A DNA stretch of 25,552 nucleotides from Calditrichia bacterium (GCA_037381445.1 JARRQT010000028.1:1-25552); one strand, 5' to 3'; numbered from the stretch's first letter, positions 9,953-19,100 are shown. The notes: a model not told the origin generated them from the letters alone. A program made the numbers and translations.

Positions 9953-9981
9953 AAAGTAATAAATATCACGAAATATGTCAA
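9953..9981 (-). promoter_or_regulatory. Putative sigma70-type promoter of the xdh operon
   Basis: TTGACA-17 nt-TACTTT on the minus strand, downstream of the glyA terminator. Confidence 0.65.
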
Positions 9982-10067
9982 TAATACTTTCTCTTTCTCC
10001 GGGCGTTGATTTTCCTGGGGGGGCGCGGTTGGTCCGACTCGAAAAGGGGCAGGGGATAGACGGATTA

Positions 10068-10115
10068 TAAAATAAAGAAATGCCCGTCGGAGCAATGCTA
10101 TCCTGCCGGCGGGCA
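10068..10115 (-). terminator. Intrinsic terminator after glyA
   Basis: Minus strand reads TGCCCGCCGG-15 nt-CCGACGGGCA followed by TTTCTTTATTTT. Confidence 0.7.
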
Positions 10116-10145
10116 ATATAATGCAACTTGGTCTATAGAGATGAA

Positions 10146-11453
10146 CTAACTCAGCTCTTTGCCGAAATCGTAAAGCGGGAACGCATGGCACATTTCCCTG
10201 ATTTCGGTCTTCACCTTGCTATGAACCTTTTCATCTTCCAGGTTTTTCAAAACGCGGTCGATCAAATCCGCCACTTTTTTCATCTCATTTTCTTTAAATC
10301 CGCGGGTGGTGAGTGCCGGCGTTCCCAGTCGGATACCGCTGGTAACAAAGGGGCTGCGTTCATCGAAAGGAACCATATTCTTGTTGACAGTGATGCCGGC
10401 AGCATGCAGGGCATTTTCGGCATCTTTCCCGGTGATGCCGGTTTTGGTCAAATCGACCAGCATGACGTGGTTGTCAGTCCCGCCGGAGACGATGTCATAT
10501 CCCTTTTCAACCAGCTCGGCCGCCAGTGCCCTGGCATTTTTAATGATCTGAGCAGCGTATTCCTTGAAGGAGGGCTGCAGCGCTTCACGGAAGGCAACGG
10601 CTTTTGCGGCAATGACGTGCATCAGCGGGCCGCCCTGAATTCCGGGCATGACCGTGCTGTCCATTATTTCGGAGAGCATTTTCACGCGGCCGGATTTGGG
10701 AGCGACAATGCCCATGTCGTTTTCCCTGTCCTTGCCGATTAGAATCATTCCGCCGCGCGGTCCCCGCAGAGTTTTATGGGTCGTGGTGGTGACCACGTCA
10801 CAATAGGGAATTGGGCTGGGATGCAGTCCGGTGGCAACCAGTCCGGCCGGATGGGCGATATCGGCCATCAGGATGGCGCCGATTTCGTCTGCAATCTCGC
10901 GGAACTGTTCAAACGGATAGAAGCGGCTATAGGCGCTGGCCCCGACGATGATCAGTCTTGGCTTATGCTCACGCGCTTTTTGTGCGACGTCATCCAGATC
11001 GATCAGGCCGGTTTCCTTTTTCACACCATAGGCCACGATATTATACATCTTCCCGGAGAAATTGACCGGGCTGCCATGGGAAAGGTGGCCGCCGTGCGCC
11101 AGGTTCATGCCCATCACGGTATCGCCGGGATTGCAGAAATTAAAGTAGATGGCCATATTTGCCTGTGTCCCGGAATGGGGCTGGACGTTGGCATATTCGG
11201 CGCCGAAGAGCTCCTTGGCGCGATCGCGGGCCAGGTTCTCGGCGACATCCGCCCATTCGCATCCGCCGTAATAACGTTTGCCGGGATATCCCTCGGCATA
11301 TTTGTTGGTCATCACGCAGCCGGCCGTCTGCAGCACTGCCTTGCTTACAAAATTCTCGGACGCGATAAGTTCCAGGGTGTTGTTTTCCCGGTTAATTTCA
11401 CCTTTAATCGCATTAAATATTTCGGGATCAGACTGTTTCACAAATTCAAGCAT
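10146..11453 (-). CDS. glyA: Serine hydroxymethyltransferase
   Basis: Motifs [49 protein letters not shown] and [19 protein letters not shown]. Confidence 0.98.
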   Translation of the reverse strand: MLEFVKQSDPEIFNAIKGEINRENNTLELIASENFVSKAVLQTAGCVMTNKYAEGYPGKRYYGGCEWADVAENLARDRAKELFGAEYANVQPHSGTQANMAIYFNFCNPGDTVMGMNLAHGGHLSHGSPVNFSGKMYNIVAYGVKKETGLIDLDDVAQKAREHKPRLIIVGASAYSRFYPFEQFREIADEIGAILMADIAHPAGLVATGLHPSPIPYCDVVTTTTHKTLRGPRGGMILIGKDRENDMGIVAPKSGRVKMLSEIMDSTVMPGIQGGPLMHVIAAKAVAFREALQPSFKEYAAQIIKNARALAAELVEKGYDIVSGGTDNHVMLVDLTKTGITGKDAENALHAAGITVNKNMVPFDERSPFVTSGIRLGTPALTTRGFKENEMKKVADLIDRVLKNLEDEKVHSKVKTEIREMCHAFPLYDFGKELS

Positions 11454-11513
11454 ATGTTATCCTCCTTGGATAGATCTTTTTAGGAGCTGTTTCTTTGTAT
11501 GGTTTATAAGTTC

Positions 11514-11552
11514 AGAAAATAAAATTGCCGCAGGTGCATGTCCCGCGGCAAT
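11514..11552 (-). terminator. Terminator-like hairpin 60-100 nt upstream of glyA
   Basis: Minus strand reads ATTGCCGCGGG-ACATGCA-CCTGCGGCAAT (11-bp stem, one G.U pair) followed by TTTATTTTCT. Confidence 0.7.
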
Positions 11553-11656
11553 CGATTTGTCCCCATATGACTAAATTAAACTGACTTTTCATTTCCTGAC
11601 AATATCATTTTTATTCCAAAAGCATTCAAGATGAAATCCGTTTTGCCTGCTGCACA

Positions 11657-12946
11657 TTATTTGTTTATCCAGCTATAGCAGGGATCTTTAGGCGTCAATC
11701 TGTTTTTCTGCATAAACAGATCTTCCTTTGTCGGAAGCAGGGGCTCAAGCTGCGTGACGCGGCGTTTTGCATCCGATTCATAATTGGGATCTTTGGCAGC
11801 TTTCTTATATTCTTCCTGCGCCAGACGATATACCAGTTTATCATCGTAAGTAAATTTGTCTTTCGTACGCTTGTTCTGGCAGTAGGTGACGGCATTTTCG
11901 TATACTTCACCCATTATCATGTAGGGCAGGCCGTCTCCCGGCGCCACGCGAATCGCCTTGTCAACGTAACTTCTGGCCGTGACAAATTCATTCAGCCTTC
12001 CGTAAATAGAGGCAATGAGGCTCATGACCTTGGCGTTTTTGGGTTCGATCTGCAGAATCTCTTTGTAAGATCTCAATGCGGACTGCAGTTGATTGAGACT
12101 TTCATAGTCCCTGCCAATATACTCCATGGCCGTGGTGTTCTTGGGTTCAAGCTTCACAATCTGCTTAAATACCTTCAGCGATTTTTCATAAAGTCCCCGT
12201 TCGAAGGCGGCCTTGGCATACCGCATGGCATTGTCCACATTGGTGGTGTCATTGAGGTAAGTTTGCTCGAGCGCCTTGAGAGGATCTTCGCCGAAGTGAG
12301 TCATGATTTCGGCCAGCAGGCGCGAAGCTTCCACATTACCGGGCTCCAGTTCAACCACTTTCTGCTGGGCCTGAATGGCCTTGGGATCATTCTCCTTGTA
12401 ATACAGATAGGCCAGCTTTTCCCAGTATGATTTTTCCTGTGGATTCTCCTTCACCAGTGCTTCATATTGGGGGATGGCGCATTTTGTCTGGCCCAGCACA
12501 TCATGCACGAACCCTGCCCAGTAATGCAGGGTTGAATAATCGGGGTATTTTTCAAGCCCCCGATAAACCACAATAAAAACGCTGTCCGGTTCATTCAGGC
12601 TGTAATAGGATTCCGCGAGTTTTGCGTAAACAACCTTGAACCGACCGGTGGTATCATTTTCAAGTATTTTCCAGTAATAAGGTATGGCTCTCTGATAATT
12701 CTTATACTTGTACTCTTCGCGGGCCAGGCTATACCATATACCAAGCTGCTGTTGACCGATTGAATCGGACTTGAATTTGTCATAGGGAGTCGTGAGGCTG
12801 TCCGGAATACATTTCACGGTATCCTCTTTTACTCCGAATTTTTCAAGACCCTCGAGCTGGGCGTAACTCATCCCGACGAGGGAAAATAAAAACAACACAA
12901 AAAACAGTTTGCTTAAACTGCCGAACGCTGGTCCGTTCTTTTTCAC
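11657..12946 (-). CDS. Exported tetratricopeptide-repeat protein
   Basis: Multiple TPR-like helical repeats (A...Y..L....P.N). GTG start with RBS AAGGAG. Sec signal ends ...GMSYA followed by Gln. Confidence 0.85.
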   Translation of the reverse strand: MKKNGPAFGSLSKLFFVLFLFSLVGMSYAQLEGLEKFGVKEDTVKCIPDSLTTPYDKFKSDSIGQQQLGIWYSLAREEYKYKNYQRAIPYYWKILENDTTGRFKVVYAKLAESYYSLNEPDSVFIVVYRGLEKYPDYSTLHYWAGFVHDVLGQTKCAIPQYEALVKENPQEKSYWEKLAYLYYKENDPKAIQAQQKVVELEPGNVEASRLLAEIMTHFGEDPLKALEQTYLNDTTNVDNAMRYAKAAFERGLYEKSLKVFKQIVKLEPKNTTAMEYIGRDYESLNQLQSALRSYKEILQIEPKNAKVMSLIASIYGRLNEFVTARSYVDKAIRVAPGDGLPYMIMGEVYENAVTYCQNKRTKDKFTYDDKLVYRLAQEEYKKAAKDPNYESDAKRRVTQLEPLLPTKEDLFMQKNRLTPKDPCYSWINK

Positions 12947-13003
12947 TTGAGGATCTCCTTTTCGTTTTCCTGTCAAATTTTATATATACCCTAATTTTAA
13001 AAT

Positions 13004-14203
13004 TTAACGTAATTTCTGAAACCAAAGTTCTCCGGCGGAAATCGAGAACAGGAACCGATAGAACTTCTCCTGTGCCAGATTCCGGCTTCGGTCGCCGCGG
13101 AGGCCGGCCTGGAAAGATACATCCACCCGTGCCCTGTCCTGGAAGAACGGGATTCCGATACCCATATGACCGCTGTATTCCTTGACCGGATTGTTATCAA
13201 ATTTATACCCGAGACTTCCGGTTGAAAAACCGGTCCTCAAATCGATTCTGTTAAGCAATTTTCTTGTCTGCGCTCGATGGGCATGCTCAATCCCCACGCC
13301 AAAACGATACCAGTTTTCCAGATTGTTCACATTCACTTTCTGGATGCCGAATCCCTTTGACCAGTATTGATAAGCATAGTCAGCGGAGACTGTCCACTGA
13401 GGGGCAAAGCGGTAACTTGAACCGATGCCCCAAAATATGGGCAGTGTGCCGTCGGCTTCGGTTTCCTCGGTGATGCCGGTCAGCGGGCTCTTGGTAACTC
13501 TGGTGAAGTTTAAAGATGGCTTGAGATCAAAGAAACCGCCAATGTCGAGGTCCTTTATAGGATTGAGATCGAAACTGATGCCCGCCCCGGGTCCATGAAA
13601 TTCATATTCCATTTCATAATTGCTGTTGTAAAGCGCCGGATCATCGAATCCAAGCTCGTAACGGTCTTTAAGCGTTCCGAAATAATAGTTGAAGCTTCCG
13701 GCAATTCCCAGACTGGGAACCGGCGACCAGACCAGATTTACCTGGGCCCTCGCCAGATTACCTTCATAATAGGTTGTTTCCGTATAGTCGGCCGTCGGTG
13801 TCTGATATTTCTGATCAAAGCTGAAATCAGTTAAGGTATATGGCGTAAGTGAAATTCCGAATACCCATTGATTTTTGTGAAAGGGAACCGCCAGCTGCAG
13901 ACCGCTGAAATTCCCTGTTTTGGTCGTGAAGCTCTGGTCGCTTAATTCTGTTTGAGTGATACTATAGCGGGTCAGAATGGTAATTTTTGTATCCCTGATA
14001 TAACGCCAACCAGCAATATTATAAGCATTTAATGATGTTGAATCCGGCAGTCCCAGTCCCGTTCCGCCCATCCCCATGCCGCGCACGGTGGTAATGTAAC
14101 GGCGCATGCCAATCCCTTCCTTGGAGCTGGAAAAGAAAGACATGGAGTAGCCTGCCAGAGTGGCAATTATTATAAACAGAATCGAATATTTAATTTTACT
14201 CAT
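13004..14203 (-). CDS. Outer-membrane beta-barrel protein, FadL/OmpP1/PorV-like
   Basis: Signal peptide, an RGMGMGG.G.G plug motif, alternating amphipathic strands, and a C-terminal ...E.WF.K.R ending. Confidence 0.7.
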   Translation of the reverse strand: MSKIKYSILFIIIATLAGYSMSFFSSSKEGIGMRRYITTVRGMGMGGTGLGLPDSTSLNAYNIAGWRYIRDTKITILTRYSITQTELSDQSFTTKTGNFSGLQLAVPFHKNQWVFGISLTPYTLTDFSFDQKYQTPTADYTETTYYEGNLARAQVNLVWSPVPSLGIAGSFNYYFGTLKDRYELGFDDPALYNSNYEMEYEFHGPGAGISFDLNPIKDLDIGGFFDLKPSLNFTRVTKSPLTGITEETEADGTLPIFWGIGSSYRFAPQWTVSADYAYQYWSKGFGIQKVNVNNLENWYRFGVGIEHAHRAQTRKLLNRIDLRTGFSTGSLGYKFDNNPVKEYSGHMGIGIPFFQDRARVDVSFQAGLRGDRSRNLAQEKFYRFLFSISAGELWFQKLR

Positions 14204-14220
14204 TTATCATCATCTCCCGA

Positions 14221-15480
14221 TTAAAAGCGCGGTGCTGGAGGAACCCAGAAGGTTAGTTTAAGACGCGGTTTTAATGCACTATTTTGTTGACTGCGTTTAT
14301 AGAAAGCAACATATGAATAAAAGCTCTGTGCGTTCGAAAGGGCCGATCCACTGGCTGCACTATTGATAAAATTAATTGCCAGTCCCGGATATTGGCTTGT
14401 ATCGCGCAACTGAGGCTGTATGAAATTCCGGGCCAGTTTCTGGCGGTCTAATCCCGGCGTAATTTCCAGGTAAGTGCTGTCCTCCGACCATTGACTTAAA
14501 GAGACAAAATCACCCGCCGTGGAATCAACCTCGACCGAATCATTTCCGATAGCCGATTTAAGATTTTCAACGATAAGGTTGGCAAGTCCGATTTTGATAA
14601 TGCTGTTGTCTTTATCCACGGGCACTTCAAGATTAGCGGAATTTATGACCACACCGTTGGGAAATTTATCCATAAAATGCCCCATATCAAATTTCAGGAG
14701 TGTGTTGTAGACGAAGAGGGATGAGGCATAATCACGCTGCTCAACTTTTGGCAATTGACCGGAGTAGATGAAGGCATCCAGCCCGGGCGGGATGGTGTCT
14801 TTCAAAACTTCAGCGCTGCTGGGCAGCGTGTAGGACACAATCAGGGACGGGTTATACCCGGAATTCAGCGCGTAGAAATATCTCAGAAAATCCGCCGATT
14901 GAAAATGAAGGATAAAGCCATAATTTTCATCAAGGTTGGCGGTATCCGCCCAAAAAATTATTTTCTCCAGCCCGGCGGTGTTGAAATCCAGCGTGGCAAC
15001 CGAATCCGCAGGATCTGAACTTATCTGCATCTCACCCAGCGGCTGGGCAGGATCGTAATTCTGCGTATTCCAGACCGAATCGACATTTGAATTCCACTGA
15101 TTCAGTATGGGGTAAGCAGTTGCCGTGAAACTCTTGCCCGCCTCGGTATAATTAACGGACGCGGCCGTTAAGATGAGGCTGGCACCCTGAATGGTCGCCG
15201 AATCGGGAATTGCCGTGAAATCATAAAATTCAAAGGCCGGGTAAGCAGTGAGGCCATTTGACTGTCCAATGAAAAGATACGAGGACAGTTGAGTGTTTAT
15301 CTTGCTGGTAATATGATAGGTTGTATCCTCAATGGCATAAAGGGTGGTATCTTTCAGACTACCTTGAATCTCAGGATTAAAAATATTCTTTTTTAAGTCG
15401 ATGGGATTCTCGCCGCAACCGCTGAAAGAAAACAAATAAATCAGCACAGCCAAGACCGAAACAAAATAAAACTTTCCCAT
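14221..15480 (-). CDS. Lipoprotein, beta-rich (DUF4270-like, tentative)
   Basis: Signal MGKFYFVSVLAVLIYLFSFSG-C with a lipobox. Two tandem beta-sandwich-like halves end in P.L.V.Y and PRLKLTF. Confidence 0.7.
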   Translation of the reverse strand: MGKFYFVSVLAVLIYLFSFSGCGENPIDLKKNIFNPEIQGSLKDTTLYAIEDTTYHITSKINTQLSSYLFIGQSNGLTAYPAFEFYDFTAIPDSATIQGASLILTAASVNYTEAGKSFTATAYPILNQWNSNVDSVWNTQNYDPAQPLGEMQISSDPADSVATLDFNTAGLEKIIFWADTANLDENYGFILHFQSADFLRYFYALNSGYNPSLIVSYTLPSSAEVLKDTIPPGLDAFIYSGQLPKVEQRDYASSLFVYNTLLKFDMGHFMDKFPNGVVINSANLEVPVDKDNSIIKIGLANLIVENLKSAIGNDSVEVDSTAGDFVSLSQWSEDSTYLEITPGLDRQKLARNFIQPQLRDTSQYPGLAINFINSAASGSALSNAQSFYSYVAFYKRSQQNSALKPRLKLTFWVPPAPRF

Positions 15481-15528
15481 TCCATTCCTTTTTGTTAGAA
15501 TCGTATTAAAACCCAAATTTAGCTACAA

Positions 15529-15557
15529 AATATATAAAACAGCGTACGATAACACAA
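15529..15557 (-). promoter_or_regulatory. Putative promoter of the lipoprotein-barrel-TPR operon
   Basis: TTGTGT-17 nt-TATATT on the minus strand. Confidence 0.5.
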
Positions 15558-16003
15558 TAAGTTTAAAATTTGATTGATTAAAGTCTGCTGGTTTTTTGAA
15601 TTTTTTCCAAGATTTTCTGAATGCTTTACACTCTCTGTTGGTGAAATTCCGGGAATCTATGTAATTCTTCCTGAAAATGAGAAAGATCTCAGGGCGATCA
15701 TCTTCGATGACTCAAGAGTGTAACAACGCTTTGAACGAAAAGGGAGTTCCTGTAATAAAAATAAAGTGATCTGTCTCGTAAGATATTATCGATTCGCGAC
15801 AATGCAGGTTGACCAAAATGTCTCAATATGCCGGCCGCTTTGGGTCAAGCGTCCTGTCAGCTGGCTCTCGGTAGCGACGCGCGGAGCATAGGAAATATAA
15901 TTCTCCGAATCCATGTCGGATTGATTGTATTCCTGCTAATACAGATGGCTTTCTAATACTGCATGTATTCGCCCGATTTCCGCTGCCAAAAAATTCCAGA
16001 CCG

Positions 16004-17542
16004 TTAGTGCCTGTGAATATCCCTGTGCATTATCTTCCTGGTTTCATGGAGCCGGTCATCCGCCGGCAAATCCATTAGCCGGGCATTCATATCGTAATCT
16101 TTCTCGGCATTCAGCATACCGGCGATATAATCGATAACGCTGGGCGGGAAAATGTCGTCCCTTTCATAATATTCCCGTTTTTCCTTCAGAATGGCGGCCG
16201 AACCGATACAACTGCCCGGAAGAGCAGGCAATTTCTGGAATAGTGGCTGATTTTGAAAAATATTCCCTTTCGTATACAATTCTTTTGAAAGTTTTATGGC
16301 TTCCTCGTGGGTGAGTCCCCATTCCGCGGCAAGGGTCATGCCGGCCAGAAGAAGGTGCGCAATGGCGCTGCCGTCGGGACTGCGAAGCTCCACCGTCTGG
16401 CGGCCTTCCGGTTCCTGGTAACCCGTGTCCTGCTGCGGATTAAGGTTCTTGGCAAGGTTTGATATCTTAGACCAACCCAAGGGAACCCGGATCATGGCAC
16501 TACGATTCAAATCGCTCCAGCAAATGCGGGTGGGGGCTTCCTGATTAGGGACCAACCGTAAATAAGCGGATGATTCGGTATTGCCGAAGGCAGTAAGGGT
16601 ATCGGCATATTTGCAGATGCCGCCAATTAAACCGCGGGCCTCTGTCGAAAGCTCGCCGTTTGCATCAAGCATAATATTTTTGCCGTCTTTGATCAATTCC
16701 ATGTGAATATGAAGCCCGTTGCCGGCGATGCCTTCTTCCAGTTTGGGAGTGAAGGTTGCCACGCAGCCATGGCGGTAGGCAACATTTCTGATGATCCATC
16801 GCCCCAGCACCAGATTGTCGCCGGTATCTTCTACCGGAGTGGGCAAAAATTCGATTTCAAGCTGCTCCGCGCGTTTTCCCTTAATTTCCTCCAGATCGCT
16901 TCTCACACTGTTGACGAATCCGACTTCGCTATGGGCATACTTCACGGCACCCGTAATCTGAGTAAGGTAGCGCACCATTTCATTGAGAATCTCACCGCTT
17001 TTAATGAACGGAGCCGAGGCCTGGTATCCCCGCTGTTTATTGGCGGGATACAGGTTTATCAGGGGATCGCTAAGCAGGAAGAATTCGAGCTCGCCCAGCG
17101 CATAGAGCTCCACCCCGGTTCGTTCTTTAAACAAACTGCTGGCTTTATGCAGAATGTTATCCGGCGCGAAGGGGGCTCGTTCCGCATCTCTGTTAAGGTA
17201 GCGGCAGATAAAATCCAGGCTCCCCTGATCGAAAGGATTAAGGAATGCGGATTTATAGACCGGAATTACATACAAATCTGACAGTGAAGTGTCCACCATT
17301 CCTTTGAACAAAGAGGAACCGTCCACTCTTTCGCCGTCCGCCAGAATTCGTTCCGCCTGTCTGCGGTCGGCAACCGGAATTTTCAGCTCCTTGAATTTTC
17401 CGTCCAGTCCTGTATAATGGAAAGTAATTCGTTCAATCTGCTTCTCGCAAATAATTTTGACCAAATCCTGCCGCGTGAATTCGTTTACCGGTTTATCCAG
17501 CAACTGCACCAGCGGATTTGTTAATGCGTATTTTTCTACCAT
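16004..17542 (-). CDS. glnA: Glutamine synthetase (type I family, about 510 aa form)
   Basis: Motifs DGSS, ELEFF, HSEVG, Q.EIEF, TF.PK, GNGLHIH, Y.RLVP..EAP, NRSAMIRVP and ELRSPDG. RBS GGGAGA. Confidence 0.9.
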   Translation of the reverse strand: MVEKYALTNPLVQLLDKPVNEFTRQDLVKIICEKQIERITFHYTGLDGKFKELKIPVADRRQAERILADGERVDGSSLFKGMVDTSLSDLYVIPVYKSAFLNPFDQGSLDFICRYLNRDAERAPFAPDNILHKASSLFKERTGVELYALGELEFFLLSDPLINLYPANKQRGYQASAPFIKSGEILNEMVRYLTQITGAVKYAHSEVGFVNSVRSDLEEIKGKRAEQLEIEFLPTPVEDTGDNLVLGRWIIRNVAYRHGCVATFTPKLEEGIAGNGLHIHMELIKDGKNIMLDANGELSTEARGLIGGICKYADTLTAFGNTESSAYLRLVPNQEAPTRICWSDLNRSAMIRVPLGWSKISNLAKNLNPQQDTGYQEPEGRQTVELRSPDGSAIAHLLLAGMTLAAEWGLTHEEAIKLSKELYTKGNIFQNQPLFQKLPALPGSCIGSAAILKEKREYYERDDIFPPSVIDYIAGMLNAEKDYDMNARLMDLPADDRLHETRKIMHRDIHRH

Positions 17543-17744
17543 CTTTTCTCCCTGTCATTAAGCTCTGAGAAAAATAATTTTGTGAAATGTTTTATTTGTT
17601 GCAAGTTCTTTTATAAAAATAATAATTGATCTCATAATGCGGTACCGGACCAAAACTATTCCTGTTGGCCAAAGGAGGCAGGTCGATCCTGTTCGAGAAA
17701 TAATATTGGTTTTGTCCAAAATTAATTTTTAACTGGTTTGAAGG

Positions 17745-17773
17745 TTGATTTTTCCCCCGGAATACCATAAATT
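17745..17773 (+). promoter_or_regulatory. Putative promoter of the 17852 gene
   Basis: TTGATT-17 nt-TAAATT. Confidence 0.5.
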
Positions 17774-17851
17774 TTTATGACGATATTTCCTGGTTAATAA
17801 GTAGATTGCCGCATTTCGTTCGCTCTTAAACCCGGAAGGGGGTATTTACCA

Positions 17852-18379
17852 ATGATCGAATCAACTAAAATCAACTCGTCTAACCTCAAAACGACATTGG
17901 AAGAACTGGAAGAGGTTTTTCTAGATGAATTGGAAAATATGCTGGTAACCAGGCTCATGGAAAATAAAAGAGTGGTCCTGCCGGGGACCAAAAACAATGT
18001 GGTGGAATATGCCGGGCGCACCAATTTTAAAATCCGCCTTAAACGGCCCAATAAAAATGTGTGGTCAATTACCTTCCAGGATTTCCGGGAATCCATTCGC
18101 AAGGTTCTTCGGGAAGGAAATCTGGCGCCGGTGGATGGAATGGGCGATGGCGGTTCGGTAAAAAATGGGAAATTTGACCTGCCGACCTTATTTCTGCTGC
18201 ATGTATTGCCGCCGGAGGAATATTCGAAGCGGAGTTTTGTGGGAAACCACGTGGTTCATCCGACCCTGGGGGAGGGAGAGGTTCTCCGGATATCCGATTC
18301 CGGTAATGTGGAAGTTGAATTTCCAAGCCGGGTGGTGATGTTGAAGCCGTCTTTTGTAGAATTAAAAACTGCTTCATGA
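17852..18379 (+). CDS. Hypothetical protein with a C-terminal UvrD/PcrA-type Tudor-like domain
   Basis: 175 aa with RBS AAGGGGG. The C-terminus FVGNHVVHPTLGEGEVL..SDSG.VEVEF....LKPSFVEL matches the pattern of the UvrD/PcrA C-terminal domain. Confidence 0.75.
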   Translation: MIESTKINSSNLKTTLEELEEVFLDELENMLVTRLMENKRVVLPGTKNNVVEYAGRTNFKIRLKRPNKNVWSITFQDFRESIRKVLREGNLAPVDGMGDGGSVKNGKFDLPTLFLLHVLPPEEYSKRSFVGNHVVHPTLGEGEVLRISDSGNVEVEFPSRVVMLKPSFVELKTAS

Positions 18380-18446
18380 CGCATGCTGAACGGCTCGTTT
18401 CATTTGGCAATGGATCATTTCGCAGCAGCACTGAAATTCGCAAAAC

Positions 18447-19100
18447 CTATTCTCTTAGCAGGACCACCCGGGCGGGTGAGCCGTCGCCGCCCTTAATCCT
18501 CAGTGGCAGGCAAATCAATTGATAGTCACCGGGAGTAACATTTCGCAGGTCCAGTCCCTCAATCCCGACAATATTTTGCCGGTATAGTATTTTGTGCACC
18601 GGCAAATCCTCCGCTGCATACAGGTCAATCGACAGATAATCGATCCCGACCATTTTAACACCGATTTCAACCAGGAATTCTGCGGCATCGGCGGTAAGCG
18701 AAGTGAACTCGGGATGGAAGATTAACGGGGATTCACCCCAGAAGTCTGAGTTACGGGTCTTAATCAGCAGCCGTTTTGTATTTTTGAAATCTTCTTTCTT
18801 CAAATGGTCAGCGATGATCTTGGAAAGATCCGGAAATTCGATAACCCGGGCAGGCCCTATGAGCACTTCCAGGGGAATCTGATCGATCGTCCATTTATCT
18901 TCGAAGAGATGATAGGGCGCATCAATGTGGGTTCCCCAATGGAGGGAGGAATCTATGCGGCTGGCATTGCATATTTCGCCTTCCCGAATGCTCATGTTCC
19001 GCTCAATAACAGCGGGCGGGTCTCCCGGCCATACCGGGATATTCCCGGAGAGGGGAAGGGAAACATCTATCCATTGCGTCAAATCTGTCTTTGTACTCAT
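18447..19100 (-). CDS. Cyclase-family metal-dependent amidohydrolase (kynurenine formamidase KynB-like)
   Basis: Motifs WIDVS.PL, VWPGDP, HWGTHIDAP.H, VGIDYLSID, H..L, IEGL.L and LPLRI.GGDGSPAR. Start placed at MSTKTD (19100). Confidence 0.9.
   Translation of the reverse strand: MSTKTDLTQWIDVSLPLSGNIPVWPGDPPAVIERNMSIREGEICNASRIDSSLHWGTHIDAPYHLFEDKWTIDQIPLEVLIGPARVIEFPDLSKIIADHLKKEDFKNTKRLLIKTRNSDFWGESPLIFHPEFTSLTADAAEFLVEIGVKMVGIDYLSIDLYAAEDLPVHKILYRQNIVGIEGLDLRNVTPGDYQLICLPLRIKGGDGSPARVVLLRE

Noticed and set aside
10016..10060. G-rich tract including a G7 run
   Set aside because: It lies between a terminator and a promoter, outside coding sequence and the promoter spacer, so there is no evident phase-variation effect.
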